A stretch of 51,734 bases of DNA, counting the filler, from Jimgerdemannia flammicorona (taxonomy: Eukaryota), in assembly GCA_003990765.1 (NCBI GenBank). It is 2 parts of 2 records of this genome, joined end to end, with 100 filler letters (N's around TTAATTAATTAA, not from the genome) between each part and the next. Parts side by side here need not be neighbours in the genome. Positions count along the whole stretch, not along the records: positions 25,918 to 51,734 come from RBNJ01000787.1; 1 more part is not named here. One strand, 5' to 3'. The notes below the pieces were generated by a model, which had not been told where the DNA came from, searched no databases, and saw only the letters and a list, made by a program, of their open reading frames with translations. The position numbers and the translations under genes were made by a program. Positions within the stretch are counted from its first letter, which is position 1, and each line of letters begins with the position of its first letter. Positions 49,011 through 51,734 of the stretch are shown one piece after another.

Positions 49011-50597
49011 CTTCAAGAAAGAATTTATTCATTGTAGAGAAGATAAGATTCATTGGAGCAGGGAATGGCAAAGACTTCTAAGATGAGAAAAGCAAAACAA
49101 GACCAGCAAAGTAAACAACTAGCTAAGAAGAACAAAACAAAGGCCAGAGAGGTAACCACCCTATGGATGGGCTGGATATAACCATTTAATCATGGCCATA
49201 AAGATAATGATGCAAAAGCAAAGAAAGAAGAGCTAAATAAAAATACATGTTCACTCGGTGCCAACGACATGAACTGTATCATCAACTAAACACCAAATGG
49301 CTGACATGAGATGAATAACTCAATATGCTCTCAACAACAAGGGAACCAACTAAGGCGAATGAGGGAAAAGAAGGAAGTAAAGAAAATGTGTGATTACTCG
49401 ATCACCCAAGTATCTTCATAATCTTGGTCAGGCAGAACCCGACCACGAGGTGGCCACCAGAATTACACATGGTGTCGATAACATGATAGGCTATCTCGTA
49501 AAGAGCGTGAAGAGGATAGGCATAAAGTTCCTCCTGCCATTCGTTACTGGTAAACTAATTAAGTTATTCATCTTGATTGGAAGTACCTTAGAATATAGAA
49601 TATGAACCATCGAGAAGACCACACCTGAGGAGATGGCCATAATGAAACTTATCTCCACAGAGGCAGGGGTAGGGTTGGCCAAAGTAGCTATAATGTCAGG
49701 TGAGGGCAGAATGCACAAGCTGGGGGGGGGAAGGAGAGGACGCAGTCGGCTCCCTGCAACCGCAAGCGGCCTTTGGGGGTGATATACCAAATAAGAGCCT
49801 GGGAAGAGGAGGCCCATTCCTGCAGCAGCTGATCTCGAAGGAAGGACTGAAGGAAGGAGTGGAGCAGGTGAGTCTTGCAGACCTGGGGATGAAGGTCCCA
49901 GTACTAGTCAAGAAAGTCAAGCCAGGAGGTCCAATGCCAGAACTTGTCAATAATAGAACCTAGAGGACATGTGACAAAGCGCTTGCTAAGGGAGCTAATG
50001 GGGTTGTTGCCGGACTTACTACACCAATCCAGATTGGCTTGGAATATGCAGCAGAGGTCAGATATACAACAGAGGAAGGAAGGGAGGCTGAGAATCGCAC
50101 TACCAAGTAAGGGATGGCTGGAAAATCTGAGCACCCAAGCAACAGCATCATCAAAGACCTGCTTGGAGTGCTTTAATACCTGAAGCCCCATGGTGCTCAC
50201 TGGGCAGGATGATCATAGAAGGGGAAGGCCATACTGCAGCTGAGGTCTGATGAATGTTCCTACAATGGCCAACTTGACCATTGGCAACCAGAGGGGACTA
50301 CAGGCACAGCAGAATTCAAGAGTATGGTCTGCCTTTGCCGCATTCTGCAATACAAGGCTGACAAAGTCAAACCCTTTGTTGGTATATGGCACACCCAGGT
50401 ATACATAGAAGGGGGGTCGCAAGCAAAGTTCACCCCCAATCTGCACAGTATAGTCAGCAGGGCCAACATAACTGCACTTCTTGGAGTTGAGCTCTATACC
50501 ATTCGCCAGAAGCCAATCTTCACAAAAGTCAATCATCCTCTACCCTTCTACTGCAGTGCGGGGGGTGAGGGTGATATTGTCAGTGAAGAAGAGCCTG
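49011..50597 (-). mobile_element. Telomere-repeat-joined APE LINE, copy T4 (ends within RT)
   Basis: Colinear with T3 43851-45435; similarity stops just before the FxDD region. Confidence 0.9.
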
Positions 50598-51734
50598 CAG
50601 CTCCTTTCTCCACTATCTTATCAGTCACAAGGTTTGGTAGGTGATCTTCCAAGTCCCCTTTCCCCTAATATTACCCTCTCTACCTCAGGTTAGTTTGCTG
50701 TGCCTGCAGGAGCATGGTGGGAGGAGGGCAATGGTGATGAGTTGCCCCTTTATCAGTGTCAGATCGGTACTTCCTCCATTTTTTCACGGATTCTATTGCC
50801 TTCGGCTGCATCTGAGGTATACCCGTTTTGGTGTGGTGCCTTCTTCCTTTTGCCATCGCCAACAAGGAGTTTTCTCGGTGTGTCTCGGGCTATGTAGGGA
50901 GTCGGCCAACCTTGGGCATTAAGTGCTCAGTGTAGGTTATCTGCAGGTCCTCGGTATCTGTTGTTGGGCCCTCTGGCTTTGGCGAGCTTCCTGGCGAGCA
51001 TGGTTCTGGTATAGGTAACTGCTTTTCAGGTGTTGTCAAGATGGGAGGGGAGATGGCCATCACAGATAGGTGGAAGGGCGATTACGGTGAACCAGTAGGG
51101 TGCCAGGCTGGGGGCGGTCATCGGGGCTGGGGCAGGCGCTGCTTCGGTGGGGCCTTTTGATTGGTGCAGCATGGTTAGATGGTAGGTGTCACTATCGGCT
51201 TCTTTTGGTGGTCAGCAGGGTTGGGCCCCAGTCATCAGGTGGGGTCAGGAGGCCTGAGGCTACCCATTTCAGGCGTCTTGGCTGCACTAAACTGGAACTG
51301 AGAGCTGACATGGCAACGTGATCGAGGCCCACAGGCTAGAGTAGTGGGGTATTGGGGGTTTCCTCCCACCTCATGTGTAAGTCCTTTACTCACCTCAACT
51401 GGGAGAACTAGGCCCTACCCACCATGTTGTACTTTGATGAGCATTTTTTATTTGCCTGTCATTCTCTTTGGTGTGACAGGGGCTATTCTATTTGGCTTGG
51501 GTGTGGCCTTGTACATAGGTTGGGTTCTCAGGCATGTGCTTTCGGTCGTTGGTGTATGGTTGGGTTTCCCCTGGTGGTAGGGAGAGCATGGTGCACAGAA
51601 TGAGGTGCAGGCTTATCAGCCCTGCTGCATCTAGCATGGTTGAGCTGCTGGACAATAGCTAGCCTAGGTTAATGGGGGGGCAGTGCTTGGTGGGTGGTGG
51701 GGGAGGGTTTTGGCCTATATAGTCTAGGTTCCCT
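50598..51734. other. Unclassified GC-richer segment, possibly another mobile element
   Basis: Abrupt junction with T4. Decayed minus-strand frame MLARKLAKARGPNNRYRG.. with stops explicable as CGA/CAA>TGA/TAA; no recognised domain. Confidence 0.35.

Noticed and set aside
51232..51238. Minus-strand CTGATGA as another hammerhead
   Set aside because: No properly placed GAAA or stems II/III were found.
1..51734. CRISPR array or prokaryotic defence/retron system
   Set aside because: There is no repeat-spacer array or operon structure, and all RTs are eukaryotic retroelement types.

Overview
Eukaryotic (most likely fungal) repeat-saturated DNA. I can support no host gene, and there is a 100-bp assembly gap at 25818-25917. 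Left part (1-33.2 kb): two copies of a Ty3/Gypsy chromovirus whose ~2.05-kb LTR contains a 365-codon ORF, five nested copies of an L1/Tx1-like LINE family, and a decayed intron-containing hAT transposase. Right part (33.2-50.6 kb): a polarised, head-to-tail chain of minus-strand retroelements, each joined at its 3' end through a 10-20-bp TTAGGG tract. The chain holds four copies of an APE-endonuclease LINE lacking a poly(A) tail, and one endonuclease-less Penelope-like (Athena/Coprina-type) element with direct terminal repeats carrying a hammerhead ribozyme. This architecture fits a (sub)telomere built by repeated attachment of two unrelated retroelement classes to G-rich chromosome ends. All elements show age-graded C>T/G>A decay at CpG and CpA. 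Family assignments come from motif recognition by eye, not database searches.
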